Positions 12,801 to 20,069 of a stretch of 64,000 nucleotides of DNA are shown piece after piece (the first letter of the stretch is position 1; each line of letters begins with the position of its first letter). Where the stretch lies: positions 2,368,001-2,432,000 of the forward strand of contig OZ250172.1 in the NCBI GenBank assembly GCA_965237905.1, in the 5' to 3' direction. Source of the DNA: Nitrospinaceae bacterium. GTDB taxonomy: Bacteria; Nitrospinota; Nitrospinia; Nitrospinales; Nitrospinaceae. The notes below the pieces were generated by a model. That model was not told the origin of the DNA, did not search any database, and saw nothing but the letters and a program-made list of their open reading frames with translations. A program made the translations under genes and the position numbers.

Positions 12801-15800
12801 GGCATCAAAGAGAACCTCCATACCTTCTCCGGCATGACGATCGTTGATGGCGGATTGGGCGAAGATGACATCCGCGTCTTGCAGACCCAGGCGTTGAATC
12901 AGCAGGCGAGCCCGAACGTGACCACCACGGTAATCCAGAATGGTGATCGCGCAATCCCCCAGCAGGAGATTGTGCGCCTCGACATATTTGAAGACATCGG
13001 CTTCTTCGTGCTGGAGTTTGCCGATCGAAGTTTGGATGACAGCGACCCCTCCGATGACGAGGCCGTACCCGGCGCTCAGCAAACCGTAGTTCTTACTTAC
13101 AAGTTTGATGGAACGGCTGAACAGCAAGAGAATCTCATCAAAGAAGCGTTGGCCGATCTGCGGTTGGTTGGCGGTCTCGACTTCGTTGATGAGGTCAACC
13201 TGTTGGGGACGCCGTTTGGGGACGCCAAACGTTCGTTCGAGATCAAGTTTTCGAGCCAGCTCAGCGATCTGCCGGTACTGCAGGTCTTCGACACACGCCT
13301 CCTGGTGGATGGCAACGCAGGTGATGACGTCATCAGCATCCAATCCATTGATCAGCCGACCTACGTACTCGGCGGCGGTGATAATGATGAACTCAATGCC
13401 AATGTCGAAATCGGCATTGGCGGCCCGATCCTCGATAATCCACCTACACCGTTGAACGAGCAGATCGCGCAGAAGGCGATCGCCAATGGTGTCATGGACC
13501 TCTTGACCCTGGACGGCGGGGAAGAGGGCGACCAATACCTGGTTTATCTGTTCGGTGGCGGTGTCAACTCACAGATCAACCTGTTCGATTCCGGAGCATC
13601 CACCGACGACTCCGGCCTCATCCTTGGGACTGATGCTGCCGATCTGTTCCTGCTGCGTGCCGCGGTTGCCGATGACGGCCTGGCCTTCGTCGCGATGTTG
13701 AAGCCCCCGGTTGTGGGAGATGCGGTCGACGTTGAGCGCATCAACTATCGCGGTTCCCTCGATTCGCTGGATCTCTTTGGCCTGGGCGGCGATGATGCTT
13801 TCGGTATCGATGACACACGCATCAACATGAATGTCTATGGCGGCTTGGGTGAAGACTTCTTCCAGATCGGCCAGCTTTACAAGTCGCAGCGTAATGCGGT
13901 GGCGGGTGTGCGGAATGCGGATGTGTTCACCACTATCGAGACCACCCGGGGATTCCTGTCCAACGGCATCACCGCGCCGATGACCATCTTCGGCGGCAAG
14001 AACAACGACGAATTCGTCGTTTTTCACAACCTGGCACCACTGGTGCTGAACGGGGATGATGGAGACGACAGTTTCCTGATCCGCGCATTCGCGTTGGTCG
14101 GCTCGCAGGAAGATCTGCGTGAGCGTACCGATGTCAGCGGCGGCGCCGGTGCCGACTTGATCCGCTATGCCGTTAACGCTCCGGTCAACATCGATGGCGG
14201 CGACGGCTTCGATACCGTGATTGTCATTGGAACCGAGTTCAACGATGATTTCGTGATTACGGAAGATGGTATCTTCGGCGCCGGACTCAATATTCAGTTC
14301 ACCCGCGTTGAGACGGTGGAAGTAGACGGCGCCGAAGGTGACGACCGTTTCTTCATCCTCGGAACCAGCGCCGGCATTTTGACCAAGATTACCGGCGGGC
14401 TGGGCAGTGACACGTTCTTCGGCAACGGGCCGACCCCCGATGTGGTCAGTAACGATCTGTTGGGCCACAGTGGCTTGATCTCGCACAGTGTCGATACCGA
14501 TCTCATTGACCCGGCAAGCAGTTTCTTCGCCGGCATCAAGGTGGAAGGGATTTCGGCCAACGTCGTCGATAACGACGAACCCGCGATCCGGGTGATTATT
14601 TCCGATGGCACCTCGGTCGTTTCTCAAATCGATGGCCTGTTCGACACCTATGGGATCGTGTTGGCGCGTAAGCCTGAGAATGGAGCCGAGGTAATCGTCA
14701 CTTCCTTCGCGCCGCGTGGAATCCGGTTCACCTCGGATAAAGATGGCACCGTCGGCGATGGTGGCAAGTCGATAGCGCTTAAATTCACCGCCTTGACCTG
14801 GAATACAGTCCAGACGGTTTCGTTTGTTGCCGACGAAAGTGGTGATGCGGCGATTACCGTTATCGAGCCGGGGGGCATGGGCAGCGATGCGGTTCAAATC
14901 CTTGGGCTGGGTGCTACCGAGGGTACTTTCACCATTTCATCTGACAGCGATGCCGACGGTTTGATCAATTTCACTACGGCGGATATCTCATTTGATATTC
15001 GCGATCTGAATGATGATGACGAAGAAGACGCCCTTGATATGCTCGGTACGGATATTCAGAGTGCGCTGAATGCCAAGATCATGGGTTCGGGAGGTGTCAT
15101 CGCTGATGTGACGCGGATCGGCAAGAGTTTTGTCATCACCTTCCTGAATACGGACGCGCTCGTCAATGGCGTCGATAAACTGGAAACGGATACAACGAAT
15201 CTCACTGCAAACGATTTTATCGGCACCTCAGCGGGTTTCATCACTCACGACGTCTCCGTGGTCGGTGAGGGCGATTCCATCAGCGGTAAGTTCGTAAGTT
15301 CCGATGTTGACGGGCAACGTGCTGGAATGGCAACCGTGACGCCGGTGACCGACGGCGATATGATAGAAAATGAAGTGCAGTTCCTCTCCTTCGATGCTTC
15401 GGACGGATTTTTCTTCGTGAGCCTGGAGGATCCGAACAATCCGGGACAGATCCTCACCAGTGAGGAAATGCTGTTCATCCCGTTCGATGCGACCCGGGTC
15501 GGGGAGTCCATCAGTGCGGCTCTCAATGCGATGGCGGGTATCGAAGCGGTTGTCACCCACGTGGGTGCCACCGATCTCGATTACGAATATGAAATCGAGT
15601 TTATAGGCGTCAGCGCGAATACAGATATCAGTTTCCTGAGCGTCGATGACAGCAATCTGACCAAGGGTGAGCGCACGATCGGGATTGTCGGTGGATTGCC
15701 GCCGTGGGTTCTGGCGCAGGGCGACGACATTTTGCGCGGTGCCACGATCAAGATCATCGCTGGCGCCGGGATCGGCCAGACGCGCCTCGTTATCGAGAAT

Positions 15801-18800
15801 ACCGCCGACACGATCACGGTGGCCAACCCCTGGATTGAGCCGCTGGATGTAACCAGCCGGATCGAGATTCTCCGCTATGCCGGTGTGGTCCTGCCGGCTA
15901 CGTTGGTGGAGATTGTCGGTGACGATGGTAAAGAAATTGATCTGCGCGAGACCGGTGGAGAAACCTTTGCGCTCGAAGCACCGGAGATTCACGGCTTTGT
16001 CGATGGAGACTTTGATTTCCTCGATGATGACAACACGCTGGGACTGGTGGACACGATTACCGTATCCCTGACCAGCGCGCCGACTAGCGATGTCACGGTG
16101 ACTTTCGATTCGGACGATGCGTTCGATAATACGCAACTTTTCTTCGCGGTTGAGACGGCGGGCGGTCAGTTCCAGCTTATTGATGAAATAACGGGTCTCG
16201 TTTTTGACGATAACGACCTTGCAGCTAACTCCTGGAAAAACCAGCAGACCGTCTACGTTTTTGGCACAGACGACACTCTGACGGAAGGTTTCCATAAGGG
16301 TGTGCTGACCTTGACCGCCACCGGTGGCGGCTATAACGCGACCTCCTCCATCGTCGTTGATATCGGTGACAACGAGGTGGCGGGCGTGATGGTTATTGAA
16401 AACGATAACTCCACTGACGTCGTTGAAATCGATCCGCTTGCCTTCCCCATCGGGCTCGAGAGTCAAACTCAAAGCGGCAATGTATTTACGGGTAACGTTC
16501 TGACATTCGATTTTAATGTGAGTGGCTTGGCACCCGTGGGAGATGGGGTGCTCACGGTTTCGGGCATCGCCGATTTAGACCTCAGTTCTGAATTTCTCAC
16601 GCTTGATGCCGAAGGCATCATTGTACAAAATCTGTTCGTGACGGGTGGGTCGCAAGGTGGGTCGGTGACGACCGACGTCAATTTGACAAAAGAACAGCTT
16701 GAGACTCTGGGCGCCGACGGCACGATCACCTTTACCGTTACACCGTCTGCGGCTGTGGGTAGCTTCATCACCGATAACGAACTGACATTGGATTTGACGT
16801 ACCCCACCGGTGTCTTTACCGAAAATCAACCTCAAAGCGGCAATGTATTTACGGGTAACACTCTGACCTTCGATTTTAATGTGAGTGGGGTGACGCCTCA
16901 AGGCGATGGGGTGCTCGCGGTTTCAGCCATTGCCGACTTAAACTTCTTTACTGAATTTCTCACGCTCGATGCCGAAGGCATTGTTGTTCAGAATCTGTTT
17001 GTCTCGGGCGGGTCGCAAGGTGGTCTGTCGACGACCGAGGTCAGTTTTACCAAGGCGCAACTCGAGACTCTGGCGGCCGATGGCGTAATCACCTTTACCG
17101 TTACACCGTCGGCGGCTGTGGGTAGCTTTATTAGCAATAACAAATTGACATTGGATTTGACGTTCGGCACCGATGAGGTGTTCTCGAATTTTCCGACCAG
17201 TGATTCGTACCAGTTGGTGTTGACCAAGGCGCCAGAGATCGGGGAGACCGTGGAGGTTAACCTGTCCGCGGATCTGACCCGTACCCAGCGTGGTGCCGGG
17301 CTCCTGGGTATCCGGGCGTTCGAGCAGGAAGTCGTGCTGTCGAGCGATTCCCTGACTTTCGACACGAGCAACTGGTTCCTGCCGCAGGCGGTCACGGTCA
17401 CAGCGTTGGATGACGACCGGGTGGACGGCAGTGATTCCAAGTCCTTCCCGACCCTGCTCGATCAGGCCAACAGCATCGAAGGTCCGCTCGAGATCACCGG
17501 CGGGCTCTCCGCAGACCGCTCCGCAGACCTCGAGCGCGAACCGGTGGTTCTGCCCGGCGAAACCAACTTCAAACCCTCTATCGGGACCGTGCAGGCAACT
17601 CCGCCGGGTGAAGATCCATCTTTTACCCTGACCATAGATCTGGATGAGATCATCGACGGCGCAACCATTATCGATACCCTGGTGAACGGTGGCACGGACG
17701 GTGTCACCAGAGTGACGACTAACACCAATGGCGATACCTTGGTGCAAGAAGTTCAGATTCTCACTATCGACGCAGTCAGCGGTAAATTCAAACTATCGCT
17801 CGACGGTGGAACGAACAAGACGGTCGACATCAACTACGATCCCTCCGATCTGGAAGCCGTCGCAACCGCTATCAAGAACGCCCTCCAGCCTCTTCCGGGA
17901 TTCGAGATTGTCGATGTGACCGCTTCAGGGACCTCTTTTGTCATCACCTTCCTTGCTGGGGCCGATCATCCGCTCCTCGAGGTTTTCGATCCAGTTACTC
18001 CGATCGGCGATTTCGAAACAGGTACCTTTAGCGGTTGGGATACCACGGGTACAACCAGCATCGAGACGGCAGCCTTTGGCAGCGGCCCAACGGAGGGAAC
18101 CTTCCAGGCCCTGCTCTCGACCTTCAATGACACCACCAATCCCACAACTAGTGATACCGACCTCGAGACGTTCCTGGGACTGGCGGCGGGCAGCTTGGAC
18201 GGCTTAAACACTGGCGACGCCACCGAAGGTTCGGCCATCCGCCGCACGGTGACGGTACAGGCCGGGGACGAGCTTAGCTTTGATTGGAACTTCTTGACCG
18301 ACGAGTTTACACCGGGCTCCCTTTCTTTCAACGATTTTGCTTTTGTGTCGATTGCGGGCACTGCCTCCGAACTGGCGGACACGAATAGTTTTTTCTTGGG
18401 GTCTCTGACTGTCGACTTTAACGAAGAGACCGGTTTCGATACGTTCACGCATACGTTTGCCACGGCAGGTACTTTCACCATCGGGGTGGGGGTGATCGAC
18501 GTGGATGACACAGGTGTCGATTCCGGCCTCCTGGTGGACAATTTCAAGTTGGTGAGCACGGCAGAGTTTTTAACTCGCGTGGGCACTGAAGTCGATTTCG
18601 ATCCATCGAATCATACTGAACAGGTGCTGACGGTTCACGGCAATGGAGGTAGCTTCAAGTTGAAGGTGGGCGCCAACCCCGCAACCGCTGATATCAATTT
18701 TTCACCGGATAACCCCTCGGTCATTCAAGCTCAGGTAATTGAGAACGCGCTCAATGCCGTTTTGGTCGGAAACACCGCCGACGTATCCGGTTCCGGATCG

Positions 18801-20069
18801 GTTTACGTCATTACATTCGACTCTGATCCGCTTGTGCCACTCACCGTTCTTGACGAAGATCTGCGGGTCGACGAGGTTCAGACTCTCACGATCAACGCCA
18901 GCAGTGGCGATTTCCGTCTGTCGCTGGACGGTGGCGTGACTTTCGCGCCTGATATATTAGACCCGGCTCTTACCAGTAGCGTGACCGAGACGGAGCTGGC
19001 GCAGGCGATCGAAGCTCTTGGTTTTACAGATGTGACGGTTGTGAAAGACGCGAATGATCCTTTCTACACGATCATCTACAATGGCCCGGGGGGTGAAGAC
19101 GTGCCCCAGATCGAAGTGGTCGAGTCGACTCTCCTGCGCACGGTGAAGGAAGCGCTTGAAACCAACCTCAGTACGACCATTGATGGACCTGATGATCTGA
19201 AAGATTTCGCTATCGAGATTACCCAGGGCGATGGCAAGAACAAGATCCGCGTGATCATTGGAAGTAGCGATCCGAATAACTCACCTGATGGACTCATTCT
19301 TACTGTATCCCGTCCGTGGGAAGGCGGCCTGACGGATGAGGTTCCATCGGTACTTGGTTTGAGCGAGTTTACCATCGAGAAGGTCAACCGCAACCTCCTG
19401 GTCGATGAGAATGAAGAAACTGATTTCTTCTTCCTGAATGACACCGACAACGTGACATCCATTGGAGAATTGCCGACCGCAGAGCTCATCATTACTGCCG
19501 ACCGGCTCCGGGGGCTGGGTATGGGCGGCGATCAGATGATCGGCGACAAACTGGTTGAAGGCGGAATTCGCTACACCGGCCTTGAAGAGTTGATTATCAA
19601 TCTGGGTTCCGGTGACAACCGCATTGTGATTGAAGATACCCAGCCCGGCGCAACGACCATCAACGCGGGCGACGGCGACGACACCTTCTTCGTCAAGAGT
19701 CTCAGCGGCCACACGTTCCTGAATGGTTCGGCGGGCGCGGATGTGTTCAATGTGGACAATGGCACCGGCAAGCTCGAAGACATCAACGCGTTGCTCACCG
19801 TGACCGGGGATGTAGCGCAGGCGGTTGCATTGACCCTCGGCAAGGGCTCCGAACCTGATCTGATTGCTAATGTCGAAGGTGTCGATGAGGTTCAGCAGAT
19901 CACCGTGGACGCAACCGACGGGACCTTTAAAGTCGGCTTCGTGATAGACGGTATGCGTTACTTTACGCCGGCACTCGATCATGCGGCCTCGGCGACGGGT
20001 CTCGAAGACGCCTTACAGCTCGTCCTCAATATGGCTTTTGGGGTTGATGGCGGTGGACGACCCGGATGA
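3..20069 (+). CDS. Giant repetitive Ca-binding (RTX-type) surface protein/adhesin, N-terminal segment (5'-partial, ends at a frameshift)
   Basis: The frame is open from base 3 (NYSAYTTNVSINLNANTATGVTG...), so the GTG at 63 is not the real start. It has many GGxGxDx(L/I) repeats, e.g. 11150-11460, EF-hand-like DxDxDG motifs and a D/G/T-rich composition. The same domain continues in the next frame after 20043. Confidence 0.9.
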   Translation, partial: NYSAYTTNVSINLNANTATGVTGTAANIVNVIGGTGNDTLTGADSANTWNVTGLNSGSVGGTSFSGIENLAGGIDADSFTFAALSSVDSVAGGGGSDTLDLSSDTAGVTVDLSLGTASYAGTISDIENVVTGAGNDTIIGALSAVLLDTGAGTDTLDFSNVASSLNITVHADGTTSVTDGVDTVNGISGAENIIGGTGTNTYTFENGASLAGNITGGSNVLSYAAYTTSVSVDLGNNTATGTTGASSVVNVIGGTGSDTLRGPAPNSTWTIDGPNSGEVAGVTFSGIENLTGAADNEDTFIFYSTGSLSGLADGAAGGFDSLILADGVYETVVYTATGIDSGTISRDGDMITFVGLEPTTDNTAGNKIVDITTAPFDPTNGADIITISGGTGTLTVAGDTFEDITFGGLNPGDTVTVDAEGGNDSITIQSLGDFDGNLRVRGGSGNDQITIENLGSYSRTLTIQGNTGDDTITLDAITASATYDLRGGLEITGDTVEAMVSGDTDFTLSDTQLKVGTKNISLFFIEKANLTGGGGNTEFDILNTWTGDATLTGGGGDDNLDLTGLANPLDLTMSGNTITNNNPTPSITIDQPGGITEEIDFDLFNDPGDLAPGTVSAGELRDAFTKGLDDLVDFADKLVDTASGIQELLNTLPFLGTQVAEVTENIGLNDIFNLGDTGGFFDDLRDIINGTDVLGSLPASPKLSDVINAINSAGTPGIIDNISASFHDTAYRPKGNMDGQALEVLIDLRIMGSVMDTFDLDLGEIANFQGLDLGTITVDATVMVDADITIGLTTGPSPELFLLPNGTLTFTLDVDADLTGLDINLGILEMVGAGMLDYQGVLELTLKDPGNTALDDRIDINEITSANAGQLVDVNPTTDTYNASAAVNLNAGISTAAGAITAFADSPADLGNKTRVTSNAHGLSNGDQILIEGTTSYNDTYTVPSVTADTFDITEAFVADDATGTWSKDLSLASATLNVSGSIFGNLSSPAAAPTVDLDLGAINLFEGFNNMSPLELLGLLSDAANTFATITGTDLLDQEIPFTGRTIGDVLNFAETFRTEVLNPLFKSGDAANPDFNGDNAIDADDLNFTGIQGLVDTLGDKLGLPPISAIFDDTTKELKFTIDFARAFGIGNGQVTTIADGDGITGEHQQLEIDRNTVANFRLAFISSSGDLILTDPIDTSLADTDAAVASKIQSKLIALTEITGVTVTPEASGVTTAAFADSGVSPGQKTRVTDTAHGLANGDVVFIGGTDNYDGQYEISNVTPDTFDITKAFSEDDPSGHWGKGIYNIVFDDPLSDFPHMSFVEGLSINFGESLGDFASIETSGSFHLAAGLDTGLTFGVDLSPNTQIAVVPPAFTPDKVGRVDVTTLLDGGQFLDPETTDEEVSVVVNAIEGTFKLAFRNTPGSGDFLLSDAIDFDSDAADFETALINGWGVADSAIDVTKDGSNPVYTISFKGTLADLDVEVVSDDGILSTDATFDLKVFNLGAPILDSAGKLQFLPNGEVMREPNALFAMTTPITVLKAKTLDNASLQDLAEDVQAAVDDAVNATGQTLGINPLSWTAVNNTETAAHNTILEPENDFRILIELKDTGDSDNDFDVQGILRQTSVISSDPLELLFEQMTPSIGNVVGELQEVITAALDGTGIGITVGQNGAGDKLTFTPSGVGAGQTLTLSTRSLVLASAGGGRISLSAESVGAITDSEGDITAFADSGTDPGVKTTVTSPGHGLNDGETVFITGVLAGSVAAFADSIADPGNKTTVTTGAAHNLAADDVVRLAGTGTDKFDGDFLVTVIDATNFDIEKAFVSGATLGTWSIVNKEFTISNVTANTYDIALAFVAGASTGTWVTDPNFPLVSSTLVDRFVQINIPGATGNTAYTELGLASSPTRFDGIITNDIEITLQINEVAVDVTVLAGNTDGAIGTANTTIQDLVDDIQLAVTTALNANSVALTAAGITGIVGDTIEVKLADPNGNRIQFLAADGKGVSKLAYKIDPSNPSNGALTELGFDLDQLDTITGQSEVKKAKADTFFLEDVSFSGEFGVFANNISATASVGFLGVTATLDPTLNATDEFIGADVDFALRNPLDGTSRIGVKLIANAIEDGKLFFDAAEGFGGTNADPQTGFVDGTIDGGIGLSLDIKPDGLLSGLPASISASLDLIAESPNWLISPPLLSDPLGFEEVLNTGMAQAGIANAITLAASSTTQDDFFNGSKIRITGGTGKVGETRRITDYDGTSKVATVDANWTTNPDGTTTYEILLSPIRFTGTNTETLATALSSGVLTENVSIVVSNNNDGVNADPDEAVGLLKAGDYGNAAGLQAVLQGVVDDARARLADKVGGPVGAITVGLTGSNLTVTGDSGMSLRANRIVLDFMGPDFDDILSQFRDFSFDDIIAALQFIVDFLDGIQEAGLAEDVFDFQIPLINQSVGDLIDLGGEFLDFVEEISSNPSGSLQILENVLRDTLNLPQLADPLGMGLALGTSVSQSLDTLFTFGTETAAQLAQDMSFRLSNGVDEVLVELRAAETQLNADLAALVSQIQGKVDAALAELGVGGSLTVTESSGMISLDPSGLTGVNLSPFSLFSLDLPNGLLNLDYNFSASAEENRSFNLDLADAGLPSEFTNLLGVSSSGLLAVAADLEFNLGLGLDLLGNDKGFFIRTDATNLTASASASGSNLNFSGMLGPLGLFVKGGDANLSASLAVDVADPDGDQRLEIVALGASGAASDLSRLDEFVVFGNLVDTGNIILTATADASLPLFFGLESSPAPLGTPNILSVDIDLIELILDVDNNMDGKIGFDFTLPNVNFNDLSALIPDLFGMLADPAMMVDGLNLILKTLQDTLNGEVFGFELPLIGDLLENNPVSNFIEDFRVDVLQPFANTLRNSNANLDSLIELIRNTFLDGFGPAGLNILKDQALNGVGLEDITANFFKTVDMGGTPTRVLADGITDAEFLQFDFDIGKMFSFQTEEIILDLGIPAFGLSARLRPRVNIDFNLHFGFGVDEDLGFYFVADHKDSMGNPAPELTADVTVDFGTTSNPLSDTSSEMDVQEALEKLPGIGEGNVMVTGSAGGPYTVNLLNGVQLDDAFLAVNLGGASVSVTRVSSTQQTITVTGTGQFAVGIPAELEGQLLFLALQISDGVDLMGDGFDTVTDALTNVSQFASEDFSKLSLAATLDIVELSGDGKLSFPELFSQSSGETFEINVFGAALLRAHAQVDFSTINDDVARLLPSIGTDIIIDFTIGYNPTDGIQVGEPNIGLANISVDLGDIIDGIAGDVLRGVKDILAPTEWLIGPDGLLNFRIPLISDLAGTKVTIRNTLLPAFAPEHAPAVNKFLDVVEQLFFLVDLIDDAAGDADGLMLNFGDFIVTGGDAFANQYIGVFNGDRSLLKDESDGDITNVSQLKKFDPNKIKIPSADEINLSPTAPATSKSFTSGVTGEGSFQLELFKPETIFKLLLGQPDVTLFTVELPEFGFNFFYRQTFPIVGPLAGTFGGGIGAKFDFGVGLDTRGLSQFLASGNPATLLNGFFINDLDPATGFDRNEISFFAEIAVGAALDLGLIKAGVEGGIAATINFNFADLDQDGKIRFDELAANLVANSFNPIAVFDVSGMIEFFLRAFVTLNLGFFKITKNFEFLRLTLFEFNIPFERPAILASQSGDTLTLNIGSSAAQRLNGNTSDISESVIVESVGGGGVIVYSDQFNVNRTVASISPFFGVTKIVADGGAGNDVIDLSGMTDTGIVAEIEGGEGDDVITGGWGDDVLIGGGGRDTIRGNKGKDEIFGGLGNDMLFGDDGDDFLFGEAGDDELDGGLGADTLDGGVGNNFYTRSAGADVFTLLNTGSTQFIEGNAGTPELNLTELFGGGFTLPTSFDIFLKDGSILVGSGERLTGVAVHDILNDPFDFLIPDDVPDFYEHQIFVEDASGFAKIVGGEFSDNFYVVDTPNAMTLDGGIGADHYFLITSDAIGNSTITATIDDQGEGLAEANTIEIVDLDEFDVLDVFDENGVLIPGFNFASHQDDVIIREDSIILDAGSGTPDTITYVSPAGVFNTDQLVINVRTLGMDDLITVESTSLTVPVRVEGGAGDDKIVVGGIAAGIDEIKSILQPGGNGNVGFGPLVLVGGAGTDTVVVDDSQDTSNDTGNIAAFLETREVEPVDMGGSTNFTDDFEVGVISGLGMRFKVQDGVVDDFDEDTVDVDPIFDPLQEQDGRIEFEGFEIAQVLMGGGNDIFTVGGAFNLDNDDSQAGTADPLMNTTTKLSVLRLADDLMLDSSVGIKENLHTFSGMTIVDGGLGEDDIRVLQTQALNQQASPNVTTTVIQNGDRAIPQQEIVRLDIFEDIGFFVLEFADRSLDDSDPSDDEAVPGAQQTVVLTYKFDGTAEQQENLIKEALADLRLVGGLDFVDEVNLLGTPFGDAKRSFEIKFSSQLSDLPVLQVFDTRLLVDGNAGDDVISIQSIDQPTYVLGGGDNDELNANVEIGIGGPILDNPPTPLNEQIAQKAIANGVMDLLTLDGGEEGDQYLVYLFGGGVNSQINLFDSGASTDDSGLILGTDAADLFLLRAAVADDGLAFVAMLKPPVVGDAVDVERINYRGSLDSLDLFGLGGDDAFGIDDTRINMNVYGGLGEDFFQIGQLYKSQRNAVAGVRNADVFTTIETTRGFLSNGITAPMTIFGGKNNDEFVVFHNLAPLVLNGDDGDDSFLIRAFALVGSQEDLRERTDVSGGAGADLIRYAVNAPVNIDGGDGFDTVIVIGTEFNDDFVITEDGIFGAGLNIQFTRVETVEVDGAEGDDRFFILGTSAGILTKITGGLGSDTFFGNGPTPDVVSNDLLGHSGLISHSVDTDLIDPASSFFAGIKVEGISANVVDNDEPAIRVIISDGTSVVSQIDGLFDTYGIVLARKPENGAEVIVTSFAPRGIRFTSDKDGTVGDGGKSIALKFTALTWNTVQTVSFVADESGDAAITVIEPGGMGSDAVQILGLGATEGTFTISSDSDADGLINFTTADISFDIRDLNDDDEEDALDMLGTDIQSALNAKIMGSGGVIADVTRIGKSFVITFLNTDALVNGVDKLETDTTNLTANDFIGTSAGFITHDVSVVGEGDSISGKFVSSDVDGQRAGMATVTPVTDGDMIENEVQFLSFDASDGFFFVSLEDPNNPGQILTSEEMLFIPFDATRVGESISAALNAMAGIEAVVTHVGATDLDYEYEIEFIGVSANTDISFLSVDDSNLTKGERTIGIVGGLPPWVLAQGDDILRGATIKIIAGAGIGQTRLVIENTADTITVANPWIEPLDVTSRIEILRYAGVVLPATLVEIVGDDGKEIDLRETGGETFALEAPEIHGFVDGDFDFLDDDNTLGLVDTITVSLTSAPTSDVTVTFDSDDAFDNTQLFFAVETAGGQFQLIDEITGLVFDDNDLAANSWKNQQTVYVFGTDDTLTEGFHKGVLTLTATGGGYNATSSIVVDIGDNEVAGVMVIENDNSTDVVEIDPLAFPIGLESQTQSGNVFTGNVLTFDFNVSGLAPVGDGVLTVSGIADLDLSSEFLTLDAEGIIVQNLFVTGGSQGGSVTTDVNLTKEQLETLGADGTITFTVTPSAAVGSFITDNELTLDLTYPTGVFTENQPQSGNVFTGNTLTFDFNVSGVTPQGDGVLAVSAIADLNFFTEFLTLDAEGIVVQNLFVSGGSQGGLSTTEVSFTKAQLETLAADGVITFTVTPSAAVGSFISNNKLTLDLTFGTDEVFSNFPTSDSYQLVLTKAPEIGETVEVNLSADLTRTQRGAGLLGIRAFEQEVVLSSDSLTFDTSNWFLPQAVTVTALDDDRVDGSDSKSFPTLLDQANSIEGPLEITGGLSADRSADLEREPVVLPGETNFKPSIGTVQATPPGEDPSFTLTIDLDEIIDGATIIDTLVNGGTDGVTRVTTNTNGDTLVQEVQILTIDAVSGKFKLSLDGGTNKTVDINYDPSDLEAVATAIKNALQPLPGFEIVDVTASGTSFVITFLAGADHPLLEVFDPVTPIGDFETGTFSGWDTTGTTSIETAAFGSGPTEGTFQALLSTFNDTTNPTTSDTDLETFLGLAAGSLDGLNTGDATEGSAIRRTVTVQAGDELSFDWNFLTDEFTPGSLSFNDFAFVSIAGTASELADTNSFFLGSLTVDFNEETGFDTFTHTFATAGTFTIGVGVIDVDDTGVDSGLLVDNFKLVSTAEFLTRVGTEVDFDPSNHTEQVLTVHGNGGSFKLKVGANPATADINFSPDNPSVIQAQVIENALNAVLVGNTADVSGSGSVYVITFDSDPLVPLTVLDEDLRVDEVQTLTINASSGDFRLSLDGGVTFAPDILDPALTSSVTETELAQAIEALGFTDVTVVKDANDPFYTIIYNGPGGEDVPQIEVVESTLLRTVKEALETNLSTTIDGPDDLKDFAIEITQGDGKNKIRVIIGSSDPNNSPDGLILTVSRPWEGGLTDEVPSVLGLSEFTIEKVNRNLLVDENEETDFFFLNDTDNVTSIGELPTAELIITADRLRGLGMGGDQMIGDKLVEGGIRYTGLEELIINLGSGDNRIVIEDTQPGATTINAGDGDDTFFVKSLSGHTFLNGSAGADVFNVDNGTGKLEDINALLTVTGDVAQAVALTLGKGSEPDLIANVEGVDEVQQITVDATDGTFKVGFVIDGMRYFTPALDHAASATGLEDALQLVLNMAFGVDGGGRPG
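16468..17163 (+). repeat. Intragenic tandem duplication, 2 copies, 363-bp period (121 aa)
   Basis: 16468-16800 and 16831-17163 both start CTCAAAGCGGCAATGTATTTACGGGTAAC and end GACATTGGATTTGACGT. Both encode QSGNVFTGNxLTFDFNVSG...LTLDLT. Confidence 0.95.

Noticed and set aside
16468..17163. CRISPR array or mobile element
   Set aside because: It is two long in-frame coding copies, with no short repeat-spacer pattern, terminal inverted repeats or transposase.
19981..20046. Independent start for the 2260-aa ORF
   Set aside because: The N-terminal residues are atypical and the break falls inside a repeated domain, so a frameshift explains it better.
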